Assembly: GCA_002633005.1 (NCBI GenBank)
Contig: NMRA01000202.1
Coordinates: 455,667 to 519,666, forward strand
Reading direction: 5' to 3'
Source: Phoronis australis
Lineage: Eukaryota; Animalia; Phoronida
Length of the DNA stretch: 64,000 nucleotides
Shown here piece after piece: positions 1 through 14,300 of the stretch (within the stretch, counting starts at the first letter, position 1; every line of letters starts with the position of its first letter). Made by a program: the position numbers and the translations under genes. Below the pieces are notes generated by a model, which saw nothing but the letters and a program-made list of their open reading frames with translations, was not told the origin of the DNA and did not search any database.

Positions 1-3000
1 AGTTAAAGGAACATGTGTAAAACGTGATGACAGCCGGTCACATTCTCAGTAAAATGATTTCTTGCAGCAGCAGAATGCAGTGAACGTGGAATTTCTGGAC
101 GTGGTAATCATTGCTTTGTTTGCATTAGAGTGCATACACACATAGGCTTCAACTTGTATAAACGAGTTCATTTAGATAACCTGAAACGTACCACACTACC
201 TTTACCCACGTGCATGCAATTGCTGTTAATTACAATGTTGAAAATTGTTAAGGTTAATATTGAAAGAGACAAGGAATAAGATAAAGCACAGATATCTCAG
301 GTGTGGATGACTAACTGTTGCTACGGAATTATAGCAGAGGAAGAAAGATATACACGCAAACAATAAACAGATTGTCATGTTAAGTTATCAGGGAACAAAT
401 GGGGTGTGTGTACTGTTAGAAATCTGCGCTCCATCAAAGAAACTAACTTTTATTTAAAACTCTTGCCCCTGTTACGGCATATCTCTACTTAATCTTCACT
501 ATCCCTGAGACTGGAAAGAACTGTCACTGTCACTATTTTTCAAAGTAAGTGATCAATTCGGGTGATTTCACTTGCGGCGCTGGTGTATTTTTGTCTAATT
601 TCAAATGTGTATGTAGAAATCGTCATAAGCGCTTTGTATGGAATCGAACTGACTTTCGACCGGTTTTGGCTACCTTCATAAATCCAAGGAAATAAAACAC
701 GAGGCACGAAAATTGATCTAATTTTTGTTTTTTTTTCCATTGTAGAAATTTCTATTTTGTAACGTGGTATGTTACAGGCATCCGTTAACCCCATTCTACG
801 CCTTGTACCGCATATGTTTTATAAGCCCATGGGCCTAAGTCCGGAAATCCTTGTTTCAAATAGCTTTAGCAAAATTTTTCCATAAAGAGACGCATGCGCT
901 TAAAGTTCACTTCCGGCATATGCAGCTCTACGCTTACAACAAAGACTTCACTATGTGGTGAAATCGTAACTAATGAATGTTATAATGTTCTTTTCAAGCT
1001 GCATTTCACTCTGTTAAGCTCCGTTGTTATCTCAAACCTTATTTAATGGCCTTTAACATATGTTTAAATTTAAAATTTTATGTTAAAGAAAGGTACATTC
1101 ATACCAAAATAACCCCTCGGTCGATTTTAAAGGAACCCATTTTAAATGAAACTTCACCAGTTACCTCAAAAACGCTGTTAGGAATGTTCGATTAGCCTTT
1201 TCGTTTGATTTCTCTGACAAATCAACTCGCAAAACGTAAGGTATTGTTGTTAAAAATGGAAGTCGTATTCGTCTTTGTTACATTACGCAAAAACAAGGCC
1301 TTCATATCAAAAATCCTAATGGCATTTTTGAGATTGATGAATAAACATTAAGTTTGGAAAGTTTCAGTGAAATCCATCGAGCCGTTTTTGAGAACTCGTA
1401 TTCCTAAGTTCAAATTAAGCGGATTTGCTGAAGCCGAGAAAAAGCCGATTAAGTTGAGACGTGTGAAAATTTAAAGATTTTCGATTACTTATTCGTCGAA
1501 AACAGGTTTTCGGTCAATATAACCTATACATCCCTTAGCCGTGTTCATTATTTCAACATTCACGCGCAATGTCGACTGAATTTGCAGTGAGTAATTAACT
1601 TAATTATGACAAAAACGTTTTATCAGCCAAGTCAAGACACAATAATTCATCGAATCTAACAAGGCTATACGGACGGAGCCAATATATTCAGTAGATTAAG
1701 CTGGTGCATTGTGGTCCACTTTAAAGTAGGTCAACAGTTCATTGTTAGACACACTACGCGCTGGAAGACTGATATGAAAACACAGTACGAAATGGGTACA
1801 GAAATCGGGTCGGTGGTTAAAGGCACTTTCTATCATATGTTCATGTCGTTGACGCAATATTATGTCGACTCGGTAAATCAAAGGACTGAGGGTACATACG
1901 GAGCTGTTCTGTGCCTGGCAGGAGATTCCATTTGAGGGACAGCCCGTAACCTTTGACCTCGGATAAGTAGTAAAGAAATTTCCACGGGGTTGTGCGGTTC
2001 CAAGGTGGTTCTGCAAAATCTTTTTTCTCGGTACACGGTACAGTATATATTTCGTATTTGAAGTTCCACGAGAATGAAGATAAGGTATTTTGCTAGACAT
2101 ATGTGAAGTATTGTAAAAATGGTAATTTTTTTAACAAGGCTTGAGATGTCCTTAAACGAAAATCGATTTAGACATTTTACTGTCTTAAAATTGACCTCAT
2201 AATATCCCTTACCGCATTGCTCGTACATGCAGCTTGGTTTGTCGGCTCATTCGGCAACAATTTAAGATCGGGTGGGCGTTATAATGATTTTAAACATCAA
2301 AGCGCTTCTGTTTAGAAGTCAACATTGGCAGCTTAATACTGAAGAACCGTGTTTTGGTCGCCTTGGTATGTTTTTCCAAATTCAGACCATCGGTCCTTCA
2401 GACAAATGACCCTTCATATTATGGACCATGATCGATTCTTAAAATTCCAAAAAATAGAGATATTCCTTTGCTTAAGACTTACTAGCGACTATTAATTTGA
2501 TATAGTAACAATACAAATTATAGAACGATTAAGTGCATGCTTTTTAGTATAAAGAACCAATTGTCCGAAAACATTCGAACTAGTTAAAATAAGGAATTCC
2601 TTGCTTTGTCGTTCAAACACAGCATGCGGTGAAGAAATTCGTGAAAAGACATAGCAGAGGAAAAAATTTAATCTTCGGTTTTTACTTGTTCTATGTGATG
2701 TATTGTTCTTTATGTTGTAAGGATATGTAGCTGCGGCCACCCAACCCCAGTCATTTATCCACTAATCATTAATTATATGGTTTCTGGGTGAATAAATGTA
2801 TTGAAAAAATAGAAAATTAAGAACGCCGGCTTTTAAGAGATAAAAATCACCGACAATCAGTATTTTTCTTGCAGTGGTGAGTTTAGTGGGACTTCCACTA
2901 TTCGAGTAAGTCAATCTTATTTTGGAAACAAAAGTGAAAGACATGACATGTGTTGTTTATATAATCAAAACAACACTAAAGAAATAAAAAATAACATTGA

Positions 3001-3141
3001 TGATCACGTTTTTAATGATCATGCATTTTAAAATTGTATGATTTCAAATGAGAATTATTTTCAAGGAATGCATGAGTGATTAGTCTGAGCCAGGAGCGAT
3101 TTGGTTCATTGTGTATCACGTTAATGTATGATAATTACAGA

Positions 3142-3392
3142 CATGCGCGCACCCACCCTTTAATTTGGGAGGGGCTCGAATTCTTGACGTCGTGGACCTT
3201 ATCCTAACAAAACAGCGAGCGGACTAAAAAGACTGGAGCACCACTGTGAAGTGCGCGTTCGCGCTTATTTAGTGTTCTTTTGTTCCGTTATCTCGGACTT
3301 TTTGTCGCTCAGAGGCGGACCTTTTTTACCTACTTCGCCAAATGGGGGGCTCATTTGAGCCCCCCCCCGAGCCCCCCATGGGTGCGCGCATG
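3142..3392. mobile_element. MITE with 14-bp TIRs (CATGCGCGCACCCA) and 5-bp TSD (ACAGA)
   Basis: Begins CATGCGCGCACCCA (3142) and ends TGGGTGCGCGCATG (3392); ACAGA directly flanks both sides; a reverse-oriented copy lies at ~36990-37231. Confidence 0.85.
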
Positions 3393-4041
3393 ACAGAGAG
3401 ATGAGTTAACCCCACCATTCAGATGTCTCTCTCATGAGCATCCGTGGTCATGTTACCCTAAGTTTTACTCCGGTTTTTCACTCATAGGGTATGCCCAATT
3501 CCAGATCAGCAGACGCGGCTCCTTATACAAAACAGGCGGTTATCAGATTAACTTTGCGTAAAGGAGGCTTTTGATCAACTGCCTTGTGACATTTTACCAG
3601 ACAAGTTGAAACTGAAAGCTTAGAAAGTTATTGCTGATAAAATACGTTTTGAAAACCGAGAATGATTCTATTCGACTAAACATTTGTCATGTACCAGCAC
3701 ATCGCGTTCGATTGTAATATAGGCCCACATTGCAGTGATGGGTGTTAGAGCATTCACGTATTAATGTCAGATAAATATTTGATGATGACTTGTCCACTTT
3801 TTATCGTTACTTGGGCATGTTCTAATGTGATACGAAATCAAACAGGTAGTTGTTTTTCAAAATGTAGTTTTTCGGTTTTGAGCCAAGTTATTGATCACCT
3901 ATATTAAGAATCATTTATTAAACAGCTTGATTAGACCACAGTTGACGCATATAATGACCTGTCGTGAGCCATCTATCAAGTACTAATTATTTCCAAGATC
4001 ACCTCCAATTTGAATTAGGAACAAGTCGTGACCAAGATCAT

Positions 4042-4049
4042 TATAAAAG
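4042..4049 (+). promoter_or_regulatory. Putative TATA box of the aquaporin gene
   Basis: TATAAAAG ~25 nt before TAAGTT. Followed by a plausible non-coding exon ending at donor CG|GTGAGG (4260) that could splice to acceptor TAG|GAAATCATG (4411). Confidence 0.45.
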
Positions 4050-4417
4050 GACGTGATGCAATAATAAGTTTGACGGGCGGCGATGTTACAGCTACTTTTA
4101 AAAGTTATTTATACCAAATGCTTTCGGAAATTGCATACAGTCGTATTCTGTGGCATCGTTTTAATCTCATTATATGTTATTAGGTCTTGCTTGTGCCGCT
4201 CAATTGCAAAGCACAACAGGATCGAATTTCGTAATGAAGATTTACCGAGTGGGATTTCGGTGAGGAGAAACAACAAAACAGAATTAAATATTGAAAACTT
4301 GAAAATTTTTATTGTAGATTGAATGCCTTTTTGCTTTTGATTTGACTTGAAATGTATAATGGCCTAACTTTGAACACCGTCTGCTTTAGCACTGCTGTCA
4401 AACTGCCGTAGGAAATC

Positions 4418-4668
4418 ATGGCTCCGGACGAGATCAGTTTAACGGAAGGGAGTACCAACTTGCTGGATATAGTAGGAAAAGAAGAAAAGATTGAAGACTC
4501 TGGAAGAATTACGACGGCATTTCGATCCTGTCTTGCAGAGTTTTTCGGACTTGTGATGTTCGTGTTCATCGGTGGAATGTCGGCGAGCTCCGGTGGAGGT
4601 ATCGTAGCCGTCGCTCTTGCGCACGGATTTACCATCTTCCTTCTCGTGACGAGTTTGGGTCATATCAG
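4418..4668 (+). CDS. AQP8: Aquaporin coding exon 1, duplicate copy left of a 1-N gap (probably the other haplotype)
   Basis: MAPDEISL...[18 protein letters not shown]...VALAHGFTI...LGHI, donor AG|GTACAG. 4301-4974 is repeated at 4976-5649 across a single N at 4975. Confidence 0.7.
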
Positions 4669-5092
4669 GTACAGTGTTACCTTGCAATGGCGTGAATGCA
4701 CATGCAACAGAGAGGTATCGCAAAACGATGTGAACGTGAATTATCACGCATTTATAATACCGCGTCGTGCATGCCATTGTTAGCTGTGACGTATCCCGAT
4801 AGTGTTTGAGTATTTTACGCGAACACAGAGAGATTCGCGTCGCTTTAAACGCGAAACCTGTGGTCCTTTTTAATTCTTATTTGGTAAGACATTGAAATTA
4901 TTTTAATTTTGATAGTGTTCTCAATCATTCTTCTTTGCTTCAGTATAAATGAACATGGTTCTTTTGTCTCTAAANGAAAATTTTTATTGTAGATTGAATG
5001 CCTTTTTGCTTTTGATTTGACTTGTAATGTATAATGGCCTAACTTTGAACACCGTCTGCTTTAGCACTGCTGTCAAACTGCCGTAGGAAATC

Positions 5093-5343
5093 ATGGCTCC
5101 GGACGAGATCAGTTTAACGGAAGGGAGTACCAACTTGCTGGATATAATGGGAAACGAAGAAAAGATTGAAGACTCTGGAAGGATTACGACGGCATTTCGA
5201 TCCTGTCTCGCAGAGTTTTTCGGACTTGTGATGTTCGTGTTCATCGGTGGAATGTCGGCGAGCTCCGGTGGAGGTATCGTAGCCGTGGCTCTTGCGCACG
5301 GATTTACCATCTTCCTTCTCGTGACGAGTTTGGGTCATATCAG
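5093..5343 (+). CDS. AQP8: Aquaporin coding exon 1
   Basis: TM1-TM2, AEFFG motif, donor AG|GTACAG at 5344. Confidence 0.9.
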
Positions 5344-8300
5344 GTACAGTGTTACCCTGCTATGGCGTGAATGCACATGCAACAGAGAGGTATCGCAAAA
5401 CGATGTGAACGTGAATTATCACGCATTCATAATACCGCGTCGTGCATGCCATTGTTGGCTGTGACGTATCCCGATAGTGTTTGAGTATTTTACGCGAACA
5501 CAGAGAGATTCGCGTCGCTTTAAACGCGAAACCTGTGGTCCTTTTTAATTCTTATTTGGTAAGACATTGAAATTATTTTAATTTTGATAGTGTTCTCAAT
5601 CATTCTTCTTTGCTTCAGTATAAATGAACATGGTTCTTTTGTCTCTAAATGTTCTTAAAGTTTATTTCCAAGAAAGCACCTTTTCCAAAATCCTTATTCT
5701 GCCAGGGTTCGCTGGATATCATCGAACTAGAATAGATTTTTAACAGTTATAATTTAGTGTTGTTAATTTTTTTACATGCTTAATTTACATGCATCTATTC
5801 ATTTTAAACTAGAGATAAATTTCGCATTCTAAGAGTTGACCATTTCTCGCAGGAGTTCGTAGAAACGACTTTTTTCACGTAAAAGAAGTTGCGTTGCCGG
5901 GTACAGTGACTTAATTTTTTGTAAACTAGCTGACATGTACCAGGCATAGGCCTACAATAACTGTACACCCTGAGCTCAGTTATTCAGTAAGAAAGTTCTC
6001 GTCAGTCTATTCCTCCTCGAGATTTTGTGGGAATTCACTTAAAAGTGTCAAAATATCGTCAAATTTGAAAGACCTGGTCAATCCTTCGAAGTTTATGAAG
6101 CTTTACAACAATCGCAGATTATCTCTTACTTTGTTTTGACTGCAGAAACTAATTGCTGTCATGACAAGGATAGTTTTGGAAAAGTTTCACGATTTCCATA
6201 TTAATGGCGTTCGTAGAGAGGAAACGCCCGCTTAACCAATAATTCAGCCCAAACACGACCATTTACTGCCGAAACTTTGGAAGTCAAAAATCGGATCCGG
6301 CATAATATAGCAAATCAGCAGCTAAAGCTGCATTTCGCCCTGTTGAACTGGCCAAAGTTCTCGTCAGTCTATTCCTGTTCGAGAAGTTTGTGGGAATTCA
6401 TGTTATACACATACACGCGTCAATGCCCAATTGTAGAAAATGGAAGTCGATGCCACGCAAATAGTTTGAGGTCACGACCGCAGCCGGCACAGAGGCTGTA
6501 GCGTGGCACTGGACCGAAATAATCGACGAATCACAACGGTTCAAAGCGTTCATGATTTTGAAGCATACAAGACAGAAACGAGTATCATTTATCATTAATA
6601 AAATCCAGTTAGCACCACTACAATTAGATGTGATCGTTGCGGCAATCGGCATTCGAAGAAACGAAATCCATTCAGATTGGCCACTATTCGTGGCTGGGCT
6701 TTGACTGTCAGGGTTAGAAACTTCGGTTACAGATTTACACTTCGAGACATAAAAATTAATTCGTATTCCAAAGAAAAGTTATACTTACCACTCAGAAATG
6801 TCAGCTCTGCAACCATGACTTTCCGCAGGGACTGAGTAGGCTCCGACTCGGCTTCAGTCGCCGAAGACGCCTGTGCGAGAGGGTCGAGTTCGTACGGCCT
6901 CAAACATGAAATGCGAGGTCTAACTCATTATCTGTTTAACCTATGGCCTGGGTGTTGTCTTCACCCCCATTTCCATTCGTGTCTTCCTAGTACTCGTCAA
7001 GCTTACTCTCTAATTTTTCGTTACAAAATCACCACTATCCGCCATTGCATATAATGGCTGTCCACTGATCGACGCCGCCGTCTTCCACTGATGACATGTC
7101 GTGGCGGGAAACCAAAAAATTATTATTTTTTCCTTGCAATTCAAAATTCCTCAGTTATTTCCCAAGATAAGTAGATTTCATGTTACGAAATTATTATTTA
7201 CTGTCTAAAACCTCAAAAAGTGCAAAAAATCATTTGGGACACTTTAAAATGTCATTGTTGGCTTTTCACCGTGGCACAGTCGTTCGATCACTCAGAGCTA
7301 AAGTGTCATTTGCAGATTGCCTTGCAACCGGACACAAATACAGATATTTTTCCGTGGAAGTTCCTACTCTCGTACCCGCGGCAGATTGTAATCTACGCTC
7401 AGCCACGGTTTTCAGCGAACGGGTGTTTACAACTCTCCATTGCGTTTTATCCGCGACTTCCGCATTCGCACACTTACATTGTGTATCGACGAAGCACGGC
7501 ACTCATTTCAACGAGTTCAGTGCCTGCATTTTCAAAATAACAAATTTGGTTGCTTTGAAAACCGACTTTGAACTCTAATCTGAGCTTGCGTTTACGCGTT
7601 ATACATCAAAGGTTGCACTGTACGGGCACGAACGACTGCAGTGCACTGTACGAACGAATGCAACACATCCCTTCTCAAAAGAACGCGCTAGCTTTCCGAG
7701 TCGGAGATTTGTACGGATTTTATTTTTGAGCTCTCGGACACTTGTTATTGGGAACAGCACGTGGTCAACCAGTGCGATCTAGAGACAAATTAACTACAAC
7801 AACATGCCTCGGTATTTAAATCTTAATATAAAATAGCATCCGCTCTTAACAAGAAGCACGTGGGCAGGCTCAACAATTGTTATAAGAGATGATTTACTAA
7901 CGATTGGTGTTCCAAAATAGTTTTTGCCGTCTTCTTTTCACGTAACATCATTTGCAAGGACATTATCTATCTCTGACAACCAAATTATGGAATTCATTAA
8001 CCATGGAACATTTTTTTATATTCCAGTGGCGGCCACTTCAACCCGGCGGTGACGCTGGCGATTGCATTCTGCGGTGGCATAAAGCCGCTGCTTGCCGTTG
8101 CTTATGTCGTTTTCCAGCTACTAGGGGGCGTTGTGGGTGCGGCCTGCATCAAAGTAAGCCATCAATCTCAACTGAAGATTTTTGTTTCAGCGCTGGTTGT
8201 TTTAAGGCAAAGCCAACTCACAATTAAAGGGGTCAACAAAAGTTTAATCAATAGTTGAAGTTTTAACATTTTCATAGTTTTGTATTCTGGTTTTTGCCTA

Positions 8301-11300
8301 CTACAATCTGCAAAAACCTCCGGAGGTTTTGGAATTATAGTTTTCCGATTATGATGTCCGTCTCTTTTAACGAAACCCCTCAGCCAAAATGTGAAATTTA
8401 CACGGGTTACTGAAGAGCTACCTCTAATTAAAATCATTTTCAAAACGTACTTATTTCATTGCACGCTGCCAAATTTATGTTGTAACTACATAAATGACAT
8501 TTCCGGCTTACTAATTTTCCTACGTAGGCGTAAGTAATGTTTTATGAATTTTGAGTACTTCAAATTTAAGTATTTTGGATTCTACACACAGATTGCATCG
8601 TTGATTTTTTTTGCCTATCGTGATTTTTATGGAATACGACGGTCACCGACTTATTTTAATCCATTTTAGCTTAATCAGAAAGCGCAATATTACCTCAAAA
8701 GTGCGTCAAGTTCAAGGTCACAATTTCCCGCTGCGTTTCACTAGATGGCCATTATGTTGTGTTGTTGGGATTTTGAACTAACTTTGGATAGTGTGAATAA
8801 TCTAAGACAGGACGTTTCTTCTCTAATTAATTCATATTTGCAGTTTGAATTTAGTCACACATAATACCAACAATTCGATTAGCCTGTTGCTCAGTGTGAT
8901 TTTGGTGTAAAACTTAATGTCGCAATTACTTAACACCATGGTAACTGTCAGACGATTGACTATGGGTTTGTTTAAAATGTAGCTATGCTTTGAGATTGTG
9001 CGTAGAAGGAAAGTGAATAATCAAATCCAATAACTAATTTATTATATGAATAATATGATAAGTCCTAATTAGACTAGTGAAATCTGTTCTTAATTAAGTA
9101 ATCAACTACAAAGAAGAGTAACTACACTAGCGCCCTCTTTAAAGATTACCTCAATCAATCAACCAAAATAATCAAATGTCTTATCAGCTATCCAAGCTAG
9201 GACTCTCCACTTGTTGGACGTCTGTCCTGTTAGTGAATCTTCGAACTACAAGCACTGTATAGCGACAGTGTACTTACTGGTCACCGTCTCTGGTGATGCA
9301 ACATTTGCAGGCATTCTTCTACCCGCGATTCTTCTTCATGGTCACAGTCTCTGGCTGGTGAAGCAACACTTCAGGTAGTATCTTACTACCCACGATGCAA
9401 GTGACAAGCTCTTAGTTAACTTCCTGTTCGTTAAGGAGGCACTAAATAGTTCTCACAGGGGTTTGCCTATCAGAACACACGTCAATGGACTCTTCAACCT
9501 TTCTTCACTCTGTCAAAAACTGCATGCCAGGCAAATAAAGAAACGTTTTGAGTCATTTCACATCACAAGCCCTACAGATGAGCACAGAAACTTTGTTCTC
9601 TCTTGTATTTTTGACCCTTTCACTACCAGTAGAAACCAAACTAGACTAAGACAAATAAGGGCAAAAAATGCAAAATCGGCAATTTCACCCCAAAACCACC
9701 ACTTTTCTGCCGATCGATGCTCGACTAAAGCCAACATTAGATTCCGAAAGCAAATTTCCTACAGATTCCAAAAATGTGTTCCAAAAGTACTGTCAACCAA
9801 CTAGTTTTTTTTACAAATCTGACTTGTTTGTGAGCTACCTGAAATCGTGGCCAATTTCTCAGTTGTACACAGCAATCCACAATTGCAACAGGGGGCCACC
9901 ATCTTGAAGAAGAGTGCAGCTACAGCCAAGAAAGTGGCCTTTTTTAATTCTCAGCATGTTCACAAATGCAAACAAACCACATTCACTTGGCCTACATACA
10001 ATACCTAACTAAAAAATGCCCCCAAGCCTGGACTACCTCTAGATTTTAACATTTCGGGAGTGCAAGTTGGCCGCGACCGCAGTCTAACTGTTCAGTGCCA
10101 CCTAAACCTTGCCCTTGCCAAGATCCTTTCTAGAATCTTCCACGAGATGGCTCTGTCGTACAATTTCCTCTGTACACTGTACGTAGCAAGTCTTTATGCT
10201 TCAACTACTATAGTTCATCTGAATTTCTTTTTGACTTAAGCCCATATTATAATATTCTACTTATTTAATGATTGGCTAATAAAAACCACATGATCATATC
10301 CAATCATATAATTGGCTGTTACAATTTGTTTCTAGAAATTTCTAGAATCTCAAGAGTACTTTGATCCCAGAACCCAAAGTTGTAAACACCATTTAAAAAT
10401 TGATTTTGACGTTAAAGTGAATGTCAACAAGTTTGACCCCATGATTTAAAAGTACATAGGCCTATGCACAAATTTTGGGCAACTTAAAACGGATTCATTC
10501 TTACTAATTACTTCATCAATATTTATTCTGACAGTAACAAGAACGCGATACAAAATTAACATTTTTCAATTTACATGCAAGTAATCCGTTCTTAGAAATA
10601 GAAACAACATTCCAGTGTGTTACAAATTAGCCAATGTCCTAAAACATCGACTGCTAAAAAACTTTCTGGCAAACTGTGTTGACACCCCTTAAGATCATAA
10701 AATGTATGCTATAATCGTAATTTGCGTAGGTATACCGTGGGTTAGATTCCACTGATTGTCCAATTGTCCTCTCTTATAGTTTCTTCACAATCATTACAGG
10801 TATAACGAATGAGTTCTACCCCTAATTTAGCGACCATTAGTGTAGTAATAATAGTGGATTTATATAATCGAATTACAGTAAATGGGGGACCAGCCCCCAG
10901 CCCCCTATGGTGCGCCGCCCATGTAATTAGCAGACTCAGAATAGGTCTGATAACACTTGTAATGACCAAGATACAATGGCTTAATCAACACAGCTCTAAT
11001 TAAAGACAAGCTGGGGGTATTACAACACTTTCATCATTAGCTTCATTAGACACGGACATTCTGAAACGCGCTCGCTTCTAACGCTATCCACATTTCTTGC
11101 AAAACTGATGAACTGACTCTCTGAAGTACGATTGAAGAATTCCGCAATTCATATTTTTGGTAATTTGGCCAATATCTTTGAAAGATTTTAATTTACCTTT
11201 AAGGAAATCTCACGAAAAGTAATTCGCGTGCTCCACCTTATGAGACACTCACAATGTTAGACAAAATCAGGTTATATCCGTGTCTTTAGCACTACGTTAT

Positions 11301-14300
11301 ACTTAAACAAACCGAAATGAGATTCACATATAACAATTGTTCATGTCAAATTTCGTTAGTAAACTTTCTACTGACGTAATTCATGGGTAGAGAAATCACT
11401 GAACAGAACAAAATTTATTCGGAAACCTTTTTACAAAAGTAAATTGCTTGTGGCACCTTCTCAGCAATGGCCTTCTTACGGATATTGTAAGACGTCGTAT
11501 ATACAAAGGATTGTGGAAAAACCCACCTGTTAGTTTGATGCTACCTCAAACACTGTCCCAACTGATCTATATCGATGTTGTGTATTGGATATAGAGGCGA
11601 CCAATGAAATCCTAAAACCATACAGATCAACTGGATAATCGATGGACTGCAATAACATAAGTTAAATCTTCTTTGCCCTGAGCATATCGAGCGCATGTTT
11701 CGCCTACGTCAGTTACAGGATACAAGAATCCACGGCTCCACCTATCGTTTTGAATGTTCGATTTGGTAGTAAACAAATCAATCCACGTGCTTTTTCAGTG
11801 TAAGTAGACGGTAGAGTAAGGCTAGATAAACTAATATTTTTCGAAAGATATTGTCTGGATTGTCAAAAGGTTGCCATAAGTCCATTCCCAACATATTCAG
11901 TATTGCCACAACTCTTTTTCAATAGAGCCACGTATAATCAGCGTAGAGCTCTTTGTAAGATACAATATCGGTAAAACACCGTTCATTTTTAGGCCGCTCA
12001 CGTTTTCACAAATCCATCCCACACTGTTAACTAGCCTTTGGTGCAAAGAAAAAACGAGCCTTTGAATTAGATGTGAAAAAATATTAATCACGACTTCTGA
12101 ATCGTACTGTAAAATAATTTCCCGGCACTGAGGAGCCACCTGTCTTCTTCTACTGAAGACTGATGCCTGGTTGGTTCCCACGAAAATTTCGTCGTCCTCT
12201 GCCGGTTGAGACGAAATTTTAGCGGGAACCAATCTGTCATCGATCCCCAGTAGAAGGAGCCAGGCGCCTCCGCAACGTCGAGAAAAAACATTTTAAGGTA
12301 AGTTCCAGAAGTTGTGATTTACAAATTTTTCGCATGTAGTTATTCGGTTGGTTGAATGATAATGCTCATCGCCTAAGTCTTTGAATTATTAGCATCATTA
12401 TGATAGCAAATTGTTAGCATTTGGTTGACCAGCCAAGTCGAGATGCGAGGGGTATGATTAACTTTATGAATAATTCAGATTTTCGTTACTGCTGTAGGCT
12501 TTGTAGCGACAGAATGCAGCGCTTTGACTAAAATCTAGCAAGGACTACCTGCACCACTACGACTTATTTCGATTAAATTGTATCCTATTGTATCTTTTTT
12601 CATTTCTCACATACAACAGGGTGCTCTGAATAATTCTACTTACGAATCCATCTACGGTGGGGCCAATATGTTGAACGACAGCAGCGCCACAGTCGGCATG
12701 GGAATTTTGTGCGAGATGTTAACCACGTGCTTATTGGTCAGCGTGGTGCTTGGCGCGGCTATTGACAGCAAAGGACACAACCTTCTCGCTTCATTGGCTA
12801 TCGGCGTTACGGTTGGCGTGGATATCTTGTCGACGTAAGCTGAAATTTTGAAGATTACAAAGGATAAGATCATATATACCACATGTGTGTGCCTACAATC
12901 GCAGAAAGTAGACCTGCTGTTAAACTAATGTTAGCAGCAGTCGCCTTCCGTTGGCGGTTCTAGTTTTCGTATCGGGCACCAGAAGCTGATCTGGGACGCG
13001 TTCCTAAAAAGGATGTCAAACCCGGTATCAGATATTAAAAACGACTTTTCCATCCATTTATCTGAAATAAAATAATGCTCTGTAACCCTCGGCAACCCTC
13101 AATAGTTTGGAAGAAAATTTGAAAAATCATTTCAAGTCTGTTAAACAGGCCGGCCAGCGTGACCAACGCGTTTAGCGAATTACACGGCAACTTTGGGAAA
13201 ACACCACCACCAAGGACCAAATTGTCCAATCTGTTGCACAGGGACTTTGAGTTTTTATTTGATTCCTGGTTTTAATATGATGCATTATCAGGTGACAGAA
13301 GTAGGATTGACTGAAATAAACAGGGTTTAGTATCCTTTTAAAGTTGCTAAAGGTTTTTACCAGTTCGGATTGGTCTGTTGTATAGAGACAGGATTTTATC
13401 TGTTTTCACAAAATTCTTTTTCACAAACATGCTGAGATCATTGGTATTTGACTGCCGATGTTCCAGACTTTTCTTGGGACACCAATTAAATGTCCTGTCA
13501 CTATTACTAAGGAATGCAAGGACATCCCGTTTGGGGGATTGTTTTGCTCTTTTCGACGTAGCTATCTCGTTATAACGAGGAGGTACCTCGTTATAACGGC
13601 TCAAATATCTCGTTGTAGCTGAATATTTAGGGAACATACCGGTAGTTACATGTAAGTCCCTACGGGGGCTTTTTCATACAACCTGACGCAGATGACCGTT
13701 GACAAGGCGGAAATGGCAACCAATTTAACACTACGATAACAAAGTTTCAGCGCAAAAAACAACTTTTTTCAAATAGAATAATCTATTATTTTGAAACACA
13801 AATTATATTCAAATGTTACATAAATAAGTTGGCGAACTCTCGAACACCCCTTACATTGAATTTTTAACGCCTAATTCGCCATACAGGGGTCCAGCAACTT
13901 TAAATGTATATGTCTGCCTGCTTCGAGAGGGCAAGTGAAAAGTAATATCTCCCGACGATTTTTCATTTAAGCGTTTGACCTTCCGAGCTTTCCCTAAGAG
14001 AATAGCCTGTTGATTATTGAGTGGTATTTATTAAGGCATCTCTCAGGCAAACATAGCTCTAGCAAAACGGAAATACTCTGTATGTCAGTAAAATGTCACA
14101 ACTAAATGTAAAAACCATTTCTAGCGGACACATTAGTGGCGCCTCGATGAATCCTGCACGAAGTCTCGGTCCAGCTTTGGTAGCCGGCATAGAATTGCCG
14201 GAAGTGTGGACGTACCATTACATCAATTGGATCGGACCCCTCCTAGGTTCACTGCTGGCTATGCTTCTATACAGGTATAGTTCGTTCTGTTACAGAATTG

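Noticed and set aside
7180-7578. Overlapping 106-132-aa ORFs in aquaporin intron 1
   Set aside because: No motifs or splice support; likely chance ORFs in repeat-derived sequence.
9431-10692. Putative TTAA-flanked element
   Set aside because: The two candidate ends match only weakly, so the boundaries are unsupported.
11460-11960. Possible very old CR1-like RT fragment on the minus strand (WSP...DIDQL)
   Set aside because: Too degenerate to support without a profile search.
12165-12266. Hairpin TTGGTTCCC...GGGAACCAA
   Set aside because: The inverted repeat is real but resembles a common decayed foldback MITE; no TSD or further support.
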